Assembly: GCA_937879955.1 (NCBI GenBank) | Contig: CALFMK010000002.1 | Span: 1,175 to 65,174, forward strand | DNA: 64,000 bases | Reading direction: 5' to 3' | From: an uncultured bacterium | Lineage (GTDB): Bacteria; Patescibacteriota; Minisyncoccia; Phycocordibacterales; Phycocordibacteraceae | Shown: in pieces, positions 50,658 through 60,242 of the stretch | How positions within the stretch are numbered: position 1 is the stretch's first letter | Layout of the letters: each line of letters starts with the position of its first letter | Notes under the pieces: model-generated | The model's database searches: none | Told to the model about the DNA's origin: nothing | Seen by the model: the letters and a program-made list of their open reading frames with translations, nothing else | Program-made: the position numbers and the translations under genes

Positions 50658-50710
50658 GGCGTATGGTAGCACCCGGTACGCTCCCTACAAGAGTCAGGTA
50701 GAATGAGGGC

Positions 50711-53557
50711 ATGACCGACGAGACCGCATTCAAGGCAGGCTACGCGAAGCTCGATAGCGCCCAGAAGCTCGCCGTGGATACGGTCGAGGGGCCCGTGCTC
50801 GTGATCGCAGGCCCTGGTACCGGCAAGACCCACATCCTCACGCTCCGCATCGCGAACATCCTGCGCGAGACCCAGGCGAATGCGACCAACATCCTCGTCC
50901 TCACGTTCACCGAATCCGCCGCGCGTACCGTCCGGGAACGCCTCGCGACCCTCATCGGCGATGAGACCGCCCGCGACGTGTTCATCTCCACCTTTCACGG
51001 ATTCGCGAACCACGTGCTGAGCGAGTACGCGGACTTCTTCCCGGACTGGGCAGGCAAGCGCCAGGCCGGCGACGTGGAGTCGACGCTCCTGTGGCGCGAG
51101 GTCCTCGAGACCGAAGAGCTCGTGCACCTGCGCACCCCGAAGTCCCCGTTCTTCTACCTCCGGGACCTCGCCCGGCTCCGCGACGATCTCGCCCGCGAGC
51201 GCATCTCCCTCGACGACTATCGCGCCTTCGCGAAGGAGGAAGAGGAGCGCCAGCGCGCGGACGAATCGAACTACTACCAGCGCGACAGCAAGTACGGGAA
51301 GAAGGGAGACCTGAAGCCCGACGGGCTAAAGAAGATCGCGCGACTCGAGAAGGTGTACGAGGCCGCCCGCCTCATTGAAAGTTACGACCGCCTCAAGGAC
51401 GAGCGCGACCTCTACGACTTCACCGACGTGCTCCGCATCGTGACGGACGCCCTCGCTGAGGATGAGGCCTTGCGTACTACGCTCCAGGAGCAGTACCAGT
51501 ACGTGCTCGCGGACGAGCATCAGGACGCGAACGCGCTCCAGCACGCGCTCCTCGATGCGCTCGCGTACGACGAGCACCCGAACCTTTTCGTAGTGGGAGA
51601 CGAGAAGCAGGCCATCTTCCGCTTCCAAGGTGCAGACGCCTCGCACTTCGGCGAGTTCCTCGCGCAGTACCCGCGCACCACCGTGGTGGAGCTCGCGACC
51701 AGCTACCGCTCGCTCGCGCCTATCCTCGAGGCCGCTCAGGGCCTTACGGGAGGCATCCCGGCCTCCCGGGGCGAGCACAAGGCGCTCTCGGCGCACCGCA
51801 CGGACGCCACTGCATCCCTCGACCTCCTCGTAGCGGACGATCCGCTCGCAGAGCGGGACCAGGTAGGGAGCCTCGTGGAGAAGGCGATCAAGGAGGGCAC
51901 CAGGCCCGAGGAGATCGCGGTCATCGCGCGTACGAACGCGAACGCCACCCTGTTCGCCGAGCACTTGGCTGCCCGCGGCATCCCGACGCTCCGTGCCGGC
52001 GACGTCTCGCTCTCCTCGCGCCCTATCATCCGCGCCGTACAGGCCCTCATGCAGGCCGTGGCTGATCCGCTCGATATTGCTGCACTGAGGGAGTCCTTGC
52101 TCGCGCCGTGGTGGGAGGCGTCTCTCCAAGAGCGCGCGCTCTTCCTGCGCGAGACTCGTGACTTCGAGCTCAGAACTCTTCTCAAGGAGAAATTCCCCTC
52201 GATAGAAGAGACCGTTTCCATACTCCAGGAGTCCGCGCAGCGCCTCGCTCCCATCGAGCTCATCTCGAAGCTTCTCGAGCGCTCAGGCGCCCGCGCATTC
52301 CTCCTCTCCCATGCGGACCATCTGGACGATGTGCTCCTCATCCGCCGCCTCATCATGCATATCGAGGAGCTCGTCCGTCGCGACACGAACGCGTCGTTTT
52401 CGGCCGTGATCGCAGAGCTCCGGAAGGCGGAGGAGCACGGCCTCGAGAGCGTGAAGGCGACCGTGCTCCAAAAGGAGGGCTATGTCACCGTGATAACGGC
52501 GCACAAGGCCAAGGGCATGGAGTTCGAGCGCGTGTTCCTCGTCTCCGCCACCGCGCGCGAATGGGAGAAGGGCGGCCGTGCGGCCACCATCCCGTCGCCG
52601 GTAGCCTCTTTGCACGCGGCCGAGGACGCCGTGCGCCTCTTCTACGTGGCCCTCACGCGCGCCAAGGACGCCCTCACGGTCTCGTACAGCGCGTTCTCTG
52701 GCGACGGCAAGGAGCAGGCGCCGTCCACCCTCATCCCGGACGGCCTGAATGTCGTCGCTCCCGAGCGCGACCTCCTGCCGCTCATGCACTCGGCCGTGGA
52801 CGCGTCGGAACTCGTCTGTGATCTCACGAAGCGCTACCTCATGCACGACGGCCTCTCGCCGTCCGCGCTCAACGAGTACCTCGAGTCGCCGGCATCCTTC
52901 TTCGCGAAGCGCGTGCTGCGCCTGCGAGAGCCCGAAGCCCCGGCGCTCGTCATCGGCATCGCGGTGCATGCCGGCATCGCGAGCTATCTCGAGCACAAGG
53001 ACGAGGCGAAGGCGAAAGCCGCCCTCGAGGCGTCGCTCCGCCATTCCTTGCTCCCGAGGAACGCCGCGTACGACCGCATCGCAGAGCATGCCCGGCAGAG
53101 CCTTTCGGCATACCTCGCGTACCGCGAGGAGGACGGCATGCTGGGGGCACCCTCCGCTATCGAGAAGACGTACGAGACCACGCGCGAGATAGACGGGACC
53201 ACGGTGAAGCTCAAGGGCCAGATCGACGCGCTGTTCGAGACCCGGAACGGCATCTGCATCGCGGACTTCAAGACCACGAGCGAGGTGAAGGCGATGGACG
53301 AGAAGTACGTCCGCCAGCTCGCGTTCTACGACCTTCTGGTGCGCGAGAACGGCGGCAACCCTACGCAGGCTGCCATCGTGCAGGTGGGTCCGGACGGCGT
53401 GACGGACCATGAGGTCCCGCTCACGCCTGAATCCCGCGCCGAGCTCGTCCAGGTCCTCGACGAGGTCCTGAAGGAGCTCCTCTCAGGCACGTGGCGCGAA
53501 GGGGAGGCAGGCGAGTATGACGACCTCCTGAAGCTCTTTGCGTCGGAGATGCCGTAG
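50711..53557 (+). CDS. UvrD/REP helicase with C-terminal PD-(D/E)xK nuclease (AdnAB-like)
   Basis: AGPGTGKT, DEHQD, VGDEKQAIF, TAHKAKGMEF, YVALTRAK; GQID...ADFKT...QLAFY. Confidence 0.92.
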   Translation: MTDETAFKAGYAKLDSAQKLAVDTVEGPVLVIAGPGTGKTHILTLRIANILRETQANATNILVLTFTESAARTVRERLATLIGDETARDVFISTFHGFANHVLSEYADFFPDWAGKRQAGDVESTLLWREVLETEELVHLRTPKSPFFYLRDLARLRDDLARERISLDDYRAFAKEEEERQRADESNYYQRDSKYGKKGDLKPDGLKKIARLEKVYEAARLIESYDRLKDERDLYDFTDVLRIVTDALAEDEALRTTLQEQYQYVLADEHQDANALQHALLDALAYDEHPNLFVVGDEKQAIFRFQGADASHFGEFLAQYPRTTVVELATSYRSLAPILEAAQGLTGGIPASRGEHKALSAHRTDATASLDLLVADDPLAERDQVGSLVEKAIKEGTRPEEIAVIARTNANATLFAEHLAARGIPTLRAGDVSLSSRPIIRAVQALMQAVADPLDIAALRESLLAPWWEASLQERALFLRETRDFELRTLLKEKFPSIEETVSILQESAQRLAPIELISKLLERSGARAFLLSHADHLDDVLLIRRLIMHIEELVRRDTNASFSAVIAELRKAEEHGLESVKATVLQKEGYVTVITAHKAKGMEFERVFLVSATAREWEKGGRAATIPSPVASLHAAEDAVRLFYVALTRAKDALTVSYSAFSGDGKEQAPSTLIPDGLNVVAPERDLLPLMHSAVDASELVCDLTKRYLMHDGLSPSALNEYLESPASFFAKRVLRLREPEAPALVIGIAVHAGIASYLEHKDEAKAKAALEASLRHSLLPRNAAYDRIAEHARQSLSAYLAYREEDGMLGAPSAIEKTYETTREIDGTTVKLKGQIDALFETRNGICIADFKTTSEVKAMDEKYVRQLAFYDLLVRENGGNPTQAAIVQVGPDGVTDHEVPLTPESRAELVQVLDEVLKELLSGTWREGEAGEYDDLLKLFASEMP

Positions 53558-53583
53558 CCAGGCGCGAGGTATATACTTCTGTC

Positions 53584-54054
53584 ATGCTTGAACGGATGCC
53601 TGAGAATCGCGCGCCTCGCCCTGAGGTGCCCGCGCCCTCGCTGCGGCTCGAGGATGTCGAGGACATAGACGACGCGCGCGAGTACGTGGAGGAGCAGCTC
53701 GCCGCGGGCGTCCGTCCCGTCATCACGGTTCCCGAGGAATACGTAGCGGACGTGCAGCAGAACGGCATCATGAGCGTCCCGAAGGAGGACCTGCTCACGG
53801 GCAAGAGGTTCTCGTTCATCGCGGGCACGATCGGGCTCGACCCGTACCTTCCGGAGAACGGCACCCGGTACGTGTTCGAGATAGACCCTGCGCAGGTGCG
53901 CATCGAGCCGCGCATGACCGGAAGCGACCGCAAGTTCCATGGCGTCGTCGGCTTCGTCGACGGGGTTCCGGCATCCGCTCTCATCCCGATAGGGAGGCAC
54001 TCCATGGAGACGTGGGATGCGGAGTCTGGAAAAGAGAAAGGCCCGCTCCACTAG
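53584..54054 (+). CDS. Hypothetical protein
   Basis: TATACT 6 nt before ATG; host-like codon use; terminator overlaps the stop. Confidence 0.7.
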   Translation: MLERMPENRAPRPEVPAPSLRLEDVEDIDDAREYVEEQLAAGVRPVITVPEEYVADVQQNGIMSVPKEDLLTGKRFSFIAGTIGLDPYLPENGTRYVFEIDPAQVRIEPRMTGSDRKFHGVVGFVDGVPASALIPIGRHSMETWDAESGKEKGPLH

Positions 54055-54078
54055 TCGTGGAGGGGCCCTTTGTATTTT

Positions 54079-54453
54079 TTAGTGAAGCTCGGTATCGAGG
54101 CCGGCGCCGTAGACTTCGATGGCCGGCCCGCTCCATTTGAGCAGGATGCCGTGGTCCTCGGTGCCGATCAGGACGTCCTTGCCGTCCGCGAACTGGCGAA
54201 TGCCGTGATTCGCGCACGAGAGCGGGAAATGCACGACCCGCTCGACGAGCTGATCCGGCATGGCCTGCATCTTGTGTCCGGTGACCTTCTCCCTGTGGAG
54301 ATCGATCGTGACGCCGCCGCGGCCCAGCTCCGTCGTGCCGCCGAAGGCGACGCGATGGATGATGGCGAGGGACCCGAGCTCTTCGATGGCTTCGGACGCC
54401 GGATTGAAGGTCTCTGAACGCTTGCCGACGATCGTGATGAAGCCTACGAGCAT
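54079..54453 (-). CDS. Orphan hypothetical protein
   Basis: TTGACA upstream, AAGGGG SD-like sequence, shared terminator at about 54038-54071. Confidence 0.6.
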   Translation of the reverse strand: MLVGFITIVGKRSETFNPASEAIEELGSLAIIHRVAFGGTTELGRGGVTIDLHREKVTGHKMQAMPDQLVERVVHFPLSCANHGIRQFADGKDVLIGTEDHGILLKWSGPAIEVYGAGLDTELH

Positions 54454-54533
54454 CTATACCCCCTTCGAAAGAACGATGAGAAAGCACTATATAGGTATAT
54501 AGTGCTTTTGTCAATAGCCCGGAAAGGGCTTCG

Positions 54534-55229
54534 TTACGGCGCCTTCGCGATCGCGTCCTCGATGACGCGCTTCATGTCCTCGTACGTGAGGGAGCCCTGG
54601 ATACCTACCGGATCCTGGCCGTCGATAAGGACGAGCGTGAACGGCGCGCCCTCCGCGCCCACCTCGAGCGCGTTGCTGCTGTCCTCGTAGACCTTCTTCG
54701 TGAAGCGGCCGTTCTCGAGGCAGGCCTTGAACTCCGCCTGCGGGAGGCCGAGCTGCGCGGCGATCGCAGGGTAGCCGCTCACGGGGAACTGGGTGTCGCC
54801 CGGCGCTGCCGCCTGCATCGCGTCGATGAAGCGCCAGAAGGCGTCGTCGTCGCCGAGGTAACCGGCGCACTCTGCCGCTTCGGCGTGCGAGGCTGCGCCT
54901 GCGTGCTGGTCGAGGAGCGGGAAGTGGCGGTACACCCACGCGACCTTGCCGCCTGCGGCGTACTCGCTCATGAGCTGCTCCATGGTTGCCTGGAACTGCT
55001 TGCTGTACGCGGAGTCGATGTCGGCGTACTCCACCAGCTTCACGGGCGCCTGCGGGTTGCCGATGATGCGGTCCGACGGGTTCACGGGACGGACCATGGC
55101 AGGGACGCCCGCACCGAGCTTCGGCGAAGCGTCGGTGCGCACGGCATAGACGGTGAGCGCGATTATCGCTCCCGCGAGCACGATGGCGCCCGGAAGGATG
55201 TAATCGCGGCGCATTTGCTGTATGTCCAT
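54534..55229 (-). CDS. DsbA-family thioredoxin-fold protein with SxxS in place of CxxC
   Basis: GNPQAPVKLVEYADIDSAYSKQF, WVYRHFPL, AEAAECA, GAPF. Confidence 0.85.
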   Translation of the reverse strand: MDIQQMRRDYILPGAIVLAGAIIALTVYAVRTDASPKLGAGVPAMVRPVNPSDRIIGNPQAPVKLVEYADIDSAYSKQFQATMEQLMSEYAAGGKVAWVYRHFPLLDQHAGAASHAEAAECAGYLGDDDAFWRFIDAMQAAAPGDTQFPVSGYPAIAAQLGLPQAEFKACLENGRFTKKVYEDSSNALEVGAEGAPFTLVLIDGQDPVGIQGSLTYEDMKRVIEDAIAKAP

Positions 55230-55294
55230 GGAAAAATCATAGCACGCAGGCAAAAGGAAACCGCCTCGAGCACTGGGTGCTCGAGGCGGGGGTG

Positions 55295-55627
55295 TCAGGC
55301 GGCCTCGGCCTTCCCGAACCTGATCATGTACTTTGGGTGATGGCCGGACGCGTCGCTCACGGTGAGCTTCGTGACCTTCTCGCCGAGGAGGTCGTGGGCC
55401 GCGTGGGCGATCTTTCCGAGCACGCCGCGTGCTCCGGAGACCGGGAACCGCTCGTCCTCAGGAGGGGCGTCGAAGACCGTGATGATGATGGTCTGCGCGT
55501 TGTCCGTGCAGCCGTCGGTCCTCGAGACCTGAGCGCCGCCGCATGCGGCGGAGAGTTTTTCGAGAAAATCGGCCTCCTCCTCGCTTTTTGCGAAGAGGCC
55601 GTCGGTGAAGCAGGCGAATATGAGCAT
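55295..55627 (-). CDS. Orphan hypothetical protein
   Basis: AGGAG SD; terminator at about 55258-55290; ends KAEAA. Confidence 0.6.
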   Translation of the reverse strand: MLIFACFTDGLFAKSEEEADFLEKLSAACGGAQVSRTDGCTDNAQTIIITVFDAPPEDERFPVSGARGVLGKIAHAAHDLLGEKVTKLTVSDASGHHPKYMIRFGKAEAA

Positions 55628-55693
55628 CTGAGCACTCCTGATGCCGTGGAAGGTTTCTGTGAGAATAATAGCACGAAATACAGAAAGTGCAAC

Positions 55694-56272
55694 CTAAAGC
55701 CCGAGCGTATGGGTGAAGGCGTTCGGCGCCTGCTCGGCCTGCCAGGTGGAGGTGTCGAGCTTCACGTCGCGGAGGTCCTTGAGGTCCTTGTACTTGAGGC
55801 CGCCCTTCTCGAGCGCGAAATCATAGAGGTCGCGCGTGATCTTCACGTCCTGGATGCAGTACTGGCGGACCTTCTCGTACAGGCCCTCCTGCCACCAGCG
55901 CACCGACTCGAGACCGTTGCCGGATTTGCCGACCTTGAGCGTCGCCTCGGCGAGCGACTGGAGGCGCAGACGGCGGCCCAGCACCTTCTGCACCTCTACC
56001 ATGAGGTCGATGGAGCGGATCTTCGTGAGGTCGCCCGGGTAGTACTTGTTGAGGAGCGGGATGTCGAAGGAGTCCGAGTTGTACCCGATGAGGGTGTCCG
56101 CCTTCTCGATGATGGGCCAGAGCTTCGGGAGCTCGCTCTGGTCGTAGGACGAGAACTCTCCGGTCTCGGAGTCGTGGATCGCCACCACGGCGAGGTCGAG
56201 ACGCGTCACGTCCTGGCGGGCCAGGGACGGCAGGACGTTGGAGGTCTCGATGTCGAACGTGATCTCGCGCAT
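55694..56272 (-). CDS. RNase H-like / DEDDy 3'-5' exonuclease domain protein
   Basis: FDIET (ExoI), GYNSDSFD (ExoII), YCIQD (ExoIII). Confidence 0.85.
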   Translation of the reverse strand: MREITFDIETSNVLPSLARQDVTRLDLAVVAIHDSETGEFSSYDQSELPKLWPIIEKADTLIGYNSDSFDIPLLNKYYPGDLTKIRSIDLMVEVQKVLGRRLRLQSLAEATLKVGKSGNGLESVRWWQEGLYEKVRQYCIQDVKITRDLYDFALEKGGLKYKDLKDLRDVKLDTSTWQAEQAPNAFTHTLGL

Positions 56273-56274
56273 AG

Positions 56275-57543
56275 CTAGCGGAGGATGAGGTGCGCGAGCT
56301 CGTCCTCGGAGACCGTATCCTCCGTGCTCGACGCGAGCGTCTTGAGCTTCAGGGTGCCGGACTTCGCCTCGTTCTCGCCGTACGCGAAGAAGTACGGGAT
56401 GCCGCGCTTCACGGCCTCCTTCACCTGGTCCCCGAGCGCCTTCGACGATACGTTCACGAGCACGTTCAATCCCTGAGCGCGGAGCTCCGTGGCGAGTTTC
56501 TGCGCGGCAGCGATGTCGCTCTCTGTAGGGGTCCCGATGAATACGTGCGCGCCGACGGGCGCCTTGGGGAGAAGATCATGCGTCTCGAGGAAATCCATGA
56601 GCGTGACGTCGCCGAACGCGAAGCCTACGGCAGGCAATGGCTCCACGCCGAAGAGGGAGACGAGGCCGTCATAGCGGCCGCCGCCCATGAGCGCGCGCGG
56701 GTTCTCCGGGTCGGTATCGAATACCTCGAACACGAGTCCGGTGTAGTACAGGAAGCCGCGGATCACCGTCGGGTCGAACACGACGTTCTCCATGCCGCGC
56801 GCGCGGAAGCCCTCGATGAGGGAAAGGAGCGTCTGGCGCTCGGCCTCGACGGACTCGTCCGAGCCTGCCTCGATGAGTTCGAGCGGATCGGTACCGCTGC
56901 GGCGGAAGGGAGCGCGCGCCTCCTCGAACTTCTCCGCGTCCATCTTGTTCTTGCGATCGAGGATGCCGAGGTAGCTCGCCATCTCCGCGGACGAGAGGCC
57001 GAGCGCCTCGCCTGCGGCGTTCAGGAGCGTGCGGGAGTTTATCCTGATCGAGAAGTCCTCGTCCTTCGCGCCGAACGCGCGGAGTATCTCGTACGCCATC
57101 ACCACGGCCTCGCCCTCGGCGCGCTCGTTCGGGATGCCGACGATGTCGACGTCCACCTGGTAGAACTCGCGGAGGCGGCCCTTCTGCGGGCGCTCGTAGC
57201 GGAAGCGGTTGCCGATGGAGAACCAGCGGGCAGGGAAGACGAGCTCGCGGCGCTTCCCGGCGATCATGCGCGCCAGGGATGGGGTCATCTCCGGGCGGAG
57301 CGTCACGCGCCGGTCGCCGCGGTCCGTGAAGGTGTAGGTCTGCTCATTCACGATCTCCTCCGAGGTCTTGCTCTCGTAGAGCTCCGCGCGCTCGAGCGGG
57401 GAGGCCTGGTACTCCTCGAAGCCGTAGGAGCGGAGCACCTTCCGGACGGTATCGAACGCGGACTGCAGGCGCGCCCAATCCTCAGGATAGAAGTCGCGGA
57501 CGCCCTTGTACGGCTCGGTGGAGAGGGGCTGCTTGTCGGTCAT
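56275..57543 (-). CDS. hisS: Histidine--tRNA ligase
   Basis: KGVRDFYP, LRPEMT, FRYERPQKGRLREFYQ, YYTG, GGGRYDGL. Confidence 0.97.
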   Translation of the reverse strand: MTDKQPLSTEPYKGVRDFYPEDWARLQSAFDTVRKVLRSYGFEEYQASPLERAELYESKTSEEIVNEQTYTFTDRGDRRVTLRPEMTPSLARMIAGKRRELVFPARWFSIGNRFRYERPQKGRLREFYQVDVDIVGIPNERAEGEAVVMAYEILRAFGAKDEDFSIRINSRTLLNAAGEALGLSSAEMASYLGILDRKNKMDAEKFEEARAPFRRSGTDPLELIEAGSDESVEAERQTLLSLIEGFRARGMENVVFDPTVIRGFLYYTGLVFEVFDTDPENPRALMGGGRYDGLVSLFGVEPLPAVGFAFGDVTLMDFLETHDLLPKAPVGAHVFIGTPTESDIAAAQKLATELRAQGLNVLVNVSSKALGDQVKEAVKRGIPYFFAYGENEAKSGTLKLKTLASSTEDTVSEDELAHLILR

Positions 57544-57557
57544 AGGTTGATTCTAGC

Positions 57558-57603
57558 AAGCCTCGCGGCATTCCTGAAGCCTCGCGGCATTCCTGAAGCC
57601 TCG
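57558..57603. repeat. 19-bp tandem repeat (2.4 copies) in the hisS promoter region
   Basis: aagcctcgcggcattcctg twice, then aagcctcg. Confidence 0.9.
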
Positions 57604-57692
57604 ACGCGTTCATTCGGGGTTGAATGTTGAGAATAGTGTGGTACGTTCAGGTGGTTCGCATACCGCGGACGCTTTGGATAGGAGTTCTTCTC

Positions 57693-58112
57693 ATGTGCGA
57701 TTTCAGTCTCGAGCATTTCGCATCTCGCGATGCGAAGGTCGGCGACGCCCTGATCACCCGGGCGCTCGGCGAGCACGACACCATCGGCTTCACCGCTCCG
57801 GACGATCCGTATGTCGCCGTCTGCCTGCTCCCCGGCACGCGCCTGGCCATCACGGACGCGCCCGATGCCTTGCGGTCCGACTACAGTCTCTCCGTGGGCG
57901 ATAGCGCCACGTTCGCCCAGCGCACCCTGCCGGAAGGCACCGTCAGCTACCGCGATGGGCTGGTCTTCGACCACCATACCGAAGGCGAGCCGATCCTGCT
58001 CCAGAACCTGCTCGCCGGCCTCGCCGTCACGGTCGAGTCCGTTCCCGTCGAGGCCCCGTCGTCCGTGGACGAGCCGGCCGCCGCGAGCGAGCGTGTGCTC
58101 GAGCCGGCCTGA
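57693..58112 (+). CDS. Hypothetical protein (MCDFSL...VAVCLLPGT)
   Basis: AGGAG SD; terminator at about 58123-58160; resembles (from memory) a small uncharacterised MCDYSL family. Confidence 0.7.
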   Translation: MCDFSLEHFASRDAKVGDALITRALGEHDTIGFTAPDDPYVAVCLLPGTRLAITDAPDALRSDYSLSVGDSATFAQRTLPEGTVSYRDGLVFDHHTEGEPILLQNLLAGLAVTVESVPVEAPSSVDEPAAASERVLEPA

Positions 58113-58167
58113 GCCGCTCACAGAAAAGACCCATCGCCATGCTCGGCGATGGGTCTTCTTTCATACG

Positions 58168-58719
58168 CTACGTATCCTTCTCCTTATGCAGGAGCGCGAT
58201 CTCGCTCATGATGAGGTCGCGCATGCCGGTCGGGTCCTCGATGCCGTCCATCACGAAATGACGGGAGGCGTCGCCCGCGGTCTCGACCCGCACCGACCCG
58301 AAGCCCAGGAGATCGGCGAGGATGCCGTCCACGGTGGTGGAGACGTCCTGGACCTTCAGGAGGAGGAAGCTCGACACCTCGCGGCTGAAGAAGCCCCACT
58401 GGCGCACGCGCACGATGCGCGACGTCGTGATGACCCAGTGGTTGAGGTAGTACTGCGTGAACGCGTTGAAGGCCGCGATCCACAGAGACAGCCACCAGAG
58501 TCCGAGGAAGAGCCGGTACCAGCGGTTCTCGCCGTTCAGCATCAAAAGGAACGCGGCGGTCTGCTCGTCGAAGCGCGCATGCCCGACGACGAATCCCGGC
58601 AGCACCGCAGGGATCCACGCGAGGAGGAGGAACGGGATGAGGGAGGTCACGAGCACGAACCAGTGCTTCCGGACGGTCCGGATCACGCGCTCGCCTGCGT
58701 CGAGAGGGAATTCTTCCAT
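58168..58719 (-). CDS. Membrane protein with bacterial PH domain
   Basis: ERVIRTVRKHW, two TMs, WVITTSRIV, VQDVS...LGFGSVRVETAG. Confidence 0.85.
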   Translation of the reverse strand: MEEFPLDAGERVIRTVRKHWFVLVTSLIPFLLLAWIPAVLPGFVVGHARFDEQTAAFLLMLNGENRWYRLFLGLWWLSLWIAAFNAFTQYYLNHWVITTSRIVRVRQWGFFSREVSSFLLLKVQDVSTTVDGILADLLGFGSVRVETAGDASRHFVMDGIEDPTGMRDLIMSEIALLHKEKDT

Positions 58720-58720
58720 A

Positions 58721-58954
58721 TCAGCCGATGATGCCGCTCACGGCGTAGCCCGCGAGGAGCCATGACACCACGACGTGCACGATGAGCGCCGGGATCGCCA
58801 CGATGGAGCGGTGCCCGTACCGGAGCCAGTGGTACGCGGAGATGAGCGTATAGACCGCCCATACGACGAAGAGGAACAGGAACACGAGCGAGACGACCGT
58901 CTCGATGTTGCTGCCCAGGAGAAGGAGCGCTGGATTGGGCGTCTCGGTCTGCAT
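58721..58954 (-). CDS. Small 2-TM membrane protein
   Basis: Tightly coupled between prmC and the PH-domain gene; YHWLRYG motif. Confidence 0.7.
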   Translation of the reverse strand: MQTETPNPALLLLGSNIETVVSLVFLFLFVVWAVYTLISAYHWLRYGHRSIVAIPALIVHVVVSWLLAGYAVSGIIG

Positions 58955-59697
58955 CAGGCGTAGTATCCCACGACGATACGGGGCCTGCTATACAGGTCCG
59001 TGCGTATCTCGGTGCGCTTCGCGCCGCGCTCAGCGAGGAGCCGCTCCGCCTCCTCTATGTTCTCGATGTCGCATTCGAGCCAGAGCTCGCCGCCCGGGTT
59101 GAGGCGCGACGCCGCCTCGAGCGCGATGCGGCGGATGAGGTCGAGTCCGTCCGCTCCCGCGAAGAGGGCGCGCGGCGGCTCGAAGTCCGCGACGCTCTTG
59201 TCGAGCGCGCGATGCGCGGGCACGTACGGCGGGTTCGCGGCGATCACGTCGAAGCGCTCGCCGAACGGGAACGCCTCGAAGAGGTCGCTCTCGCGCACGA
59301 CCGCGCGGTCCGCGTCGAGCCCGTTCTCCTCGATGTTCTTCCGTATGAGCGCGACGTGCTCGGGCTCGAGCTCGCCGAAGGTGACGCGCGCGTTCGGGAG
59401 ATTGAGGAGCACCGCGAGGCCGATGGCGCCCGAGCCTGCGCACAGGTCGAGGAAGCCGAACGGCGTATCGCCGAAGCGCTCTTCGAGACGCTTCACGAGC
59501 GCTTCCGTCCACCATTCGGTCTCCGGGCGCGGGATGAGCGGGCGGGAGTCGAGCCCGATGCGGAGCCCGAGGAACGGCATCCAGCCGATCACGTACGCGA
59601 GCGGCTCGCCGGCCGAGAGGCGCGCGAGGTCCACCGCGTGCTCGGCGCCCTCGTCGCCGTCGTACTTGTCTCGTATGAGGAGGTCGCGGTCGTTCAT
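58954..59697 (-). CDS. prmC: Release factor glutamine methyltransferase (HemK)
   Basis: GEPLAYVIG, LIPRPETE, LDLCAGSG, NPPY. Confidence 0.92.
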   Translation of the reverse strand: MNDRDLLIRDKYDGDEGAEHAVDLARLSAGEPLAYVIGWMPFLGLRIGLDSRPLIPRPETEWWTEALVKRLEERFGDTPFGFLDLCAGSGAIGLAVLLNLPNARVTFGELEPEHVALIRKNIEENGLDADRAVVRESDLFEAFPFGERFDVIAANPPYVPAHRALDKSVADFEPPRALFAGADGLDLIRRIALEAASRLNPGGELWLECDIENIEEAERLLAERGAKRTEIRTDLYSRPRIVVGYYA

Positions 59698-59742
59698 GTA
59701 TCCACTGTACCGTCCTCCTGCTAGGAGTGGTAGGCTTCAGGT

Positions 59743-60183
59743 ATGAAAGCACTCTGGAACATCATCTTCTCGCTCTTCTTCGTCGGGCTCGTGCTCGCAG
59801 GATCCTATTATCTCGCGGGGCAGGGGAAGCTCCTCGCCGATATCCCGCTCCTCGACCTCGTGCTCATGGCGCTCGCCACCTTCCGCCTCGTGCGCCTCTT
59901 CACGTACGACCACATAACCGCGTTCCTGCGCGAGTGGCTCGCCCCGGCTCGTCCTGGCACCTTCTTCGGCACCGTGAACGATCTCCTGCGCTGCCCGTGG
60001 TGCACCGGCGTCTGGTTCAGCTTCCTCGTCTACTTCGGCTACGCGTTCGCGCGCGCGGAAGTCATGCCGCTCATCCTGATCCTCGCGATCGCAGCGCTCG
60101 CGTCCTTCTTCCAGATCTTCGCGAACCTCGTCGGCTGGAACGCCGAGGACAAGAAGCTCGACGTGAAGCACAAGGCGGACTAG
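59743..60183 (+). CDS. DUF1360-like membrane protein
   Basis: LATFRLVRLFTYDHIT...LLRCPWCTGVW. Confidence 0.8.
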   Translation: MKALWNIIFSLFFVGLVLAGSYYLAGQGKLLADIPLLDLVLMALATFRLVRLFTYDHITAFLREWLAPARPGTFFGTVNDLLRCPWCTGVWFSFLVYFGYAFARAEVMPLILILAIAALASFFQIFANLVGWNAEDKKLDVKHKAD

Positions 60184-60242
60184 CTGCAAACAAAAGGAAA
60201 ACGCCCCTCCGAAGAGGGGCGTTTTCCGTGAGGTTGGCTAGA

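Noticed and set aside
57558-57603. CRISPR-like repeat
   Set aside because: Contiguous tandem copies without spacers; no cas genes
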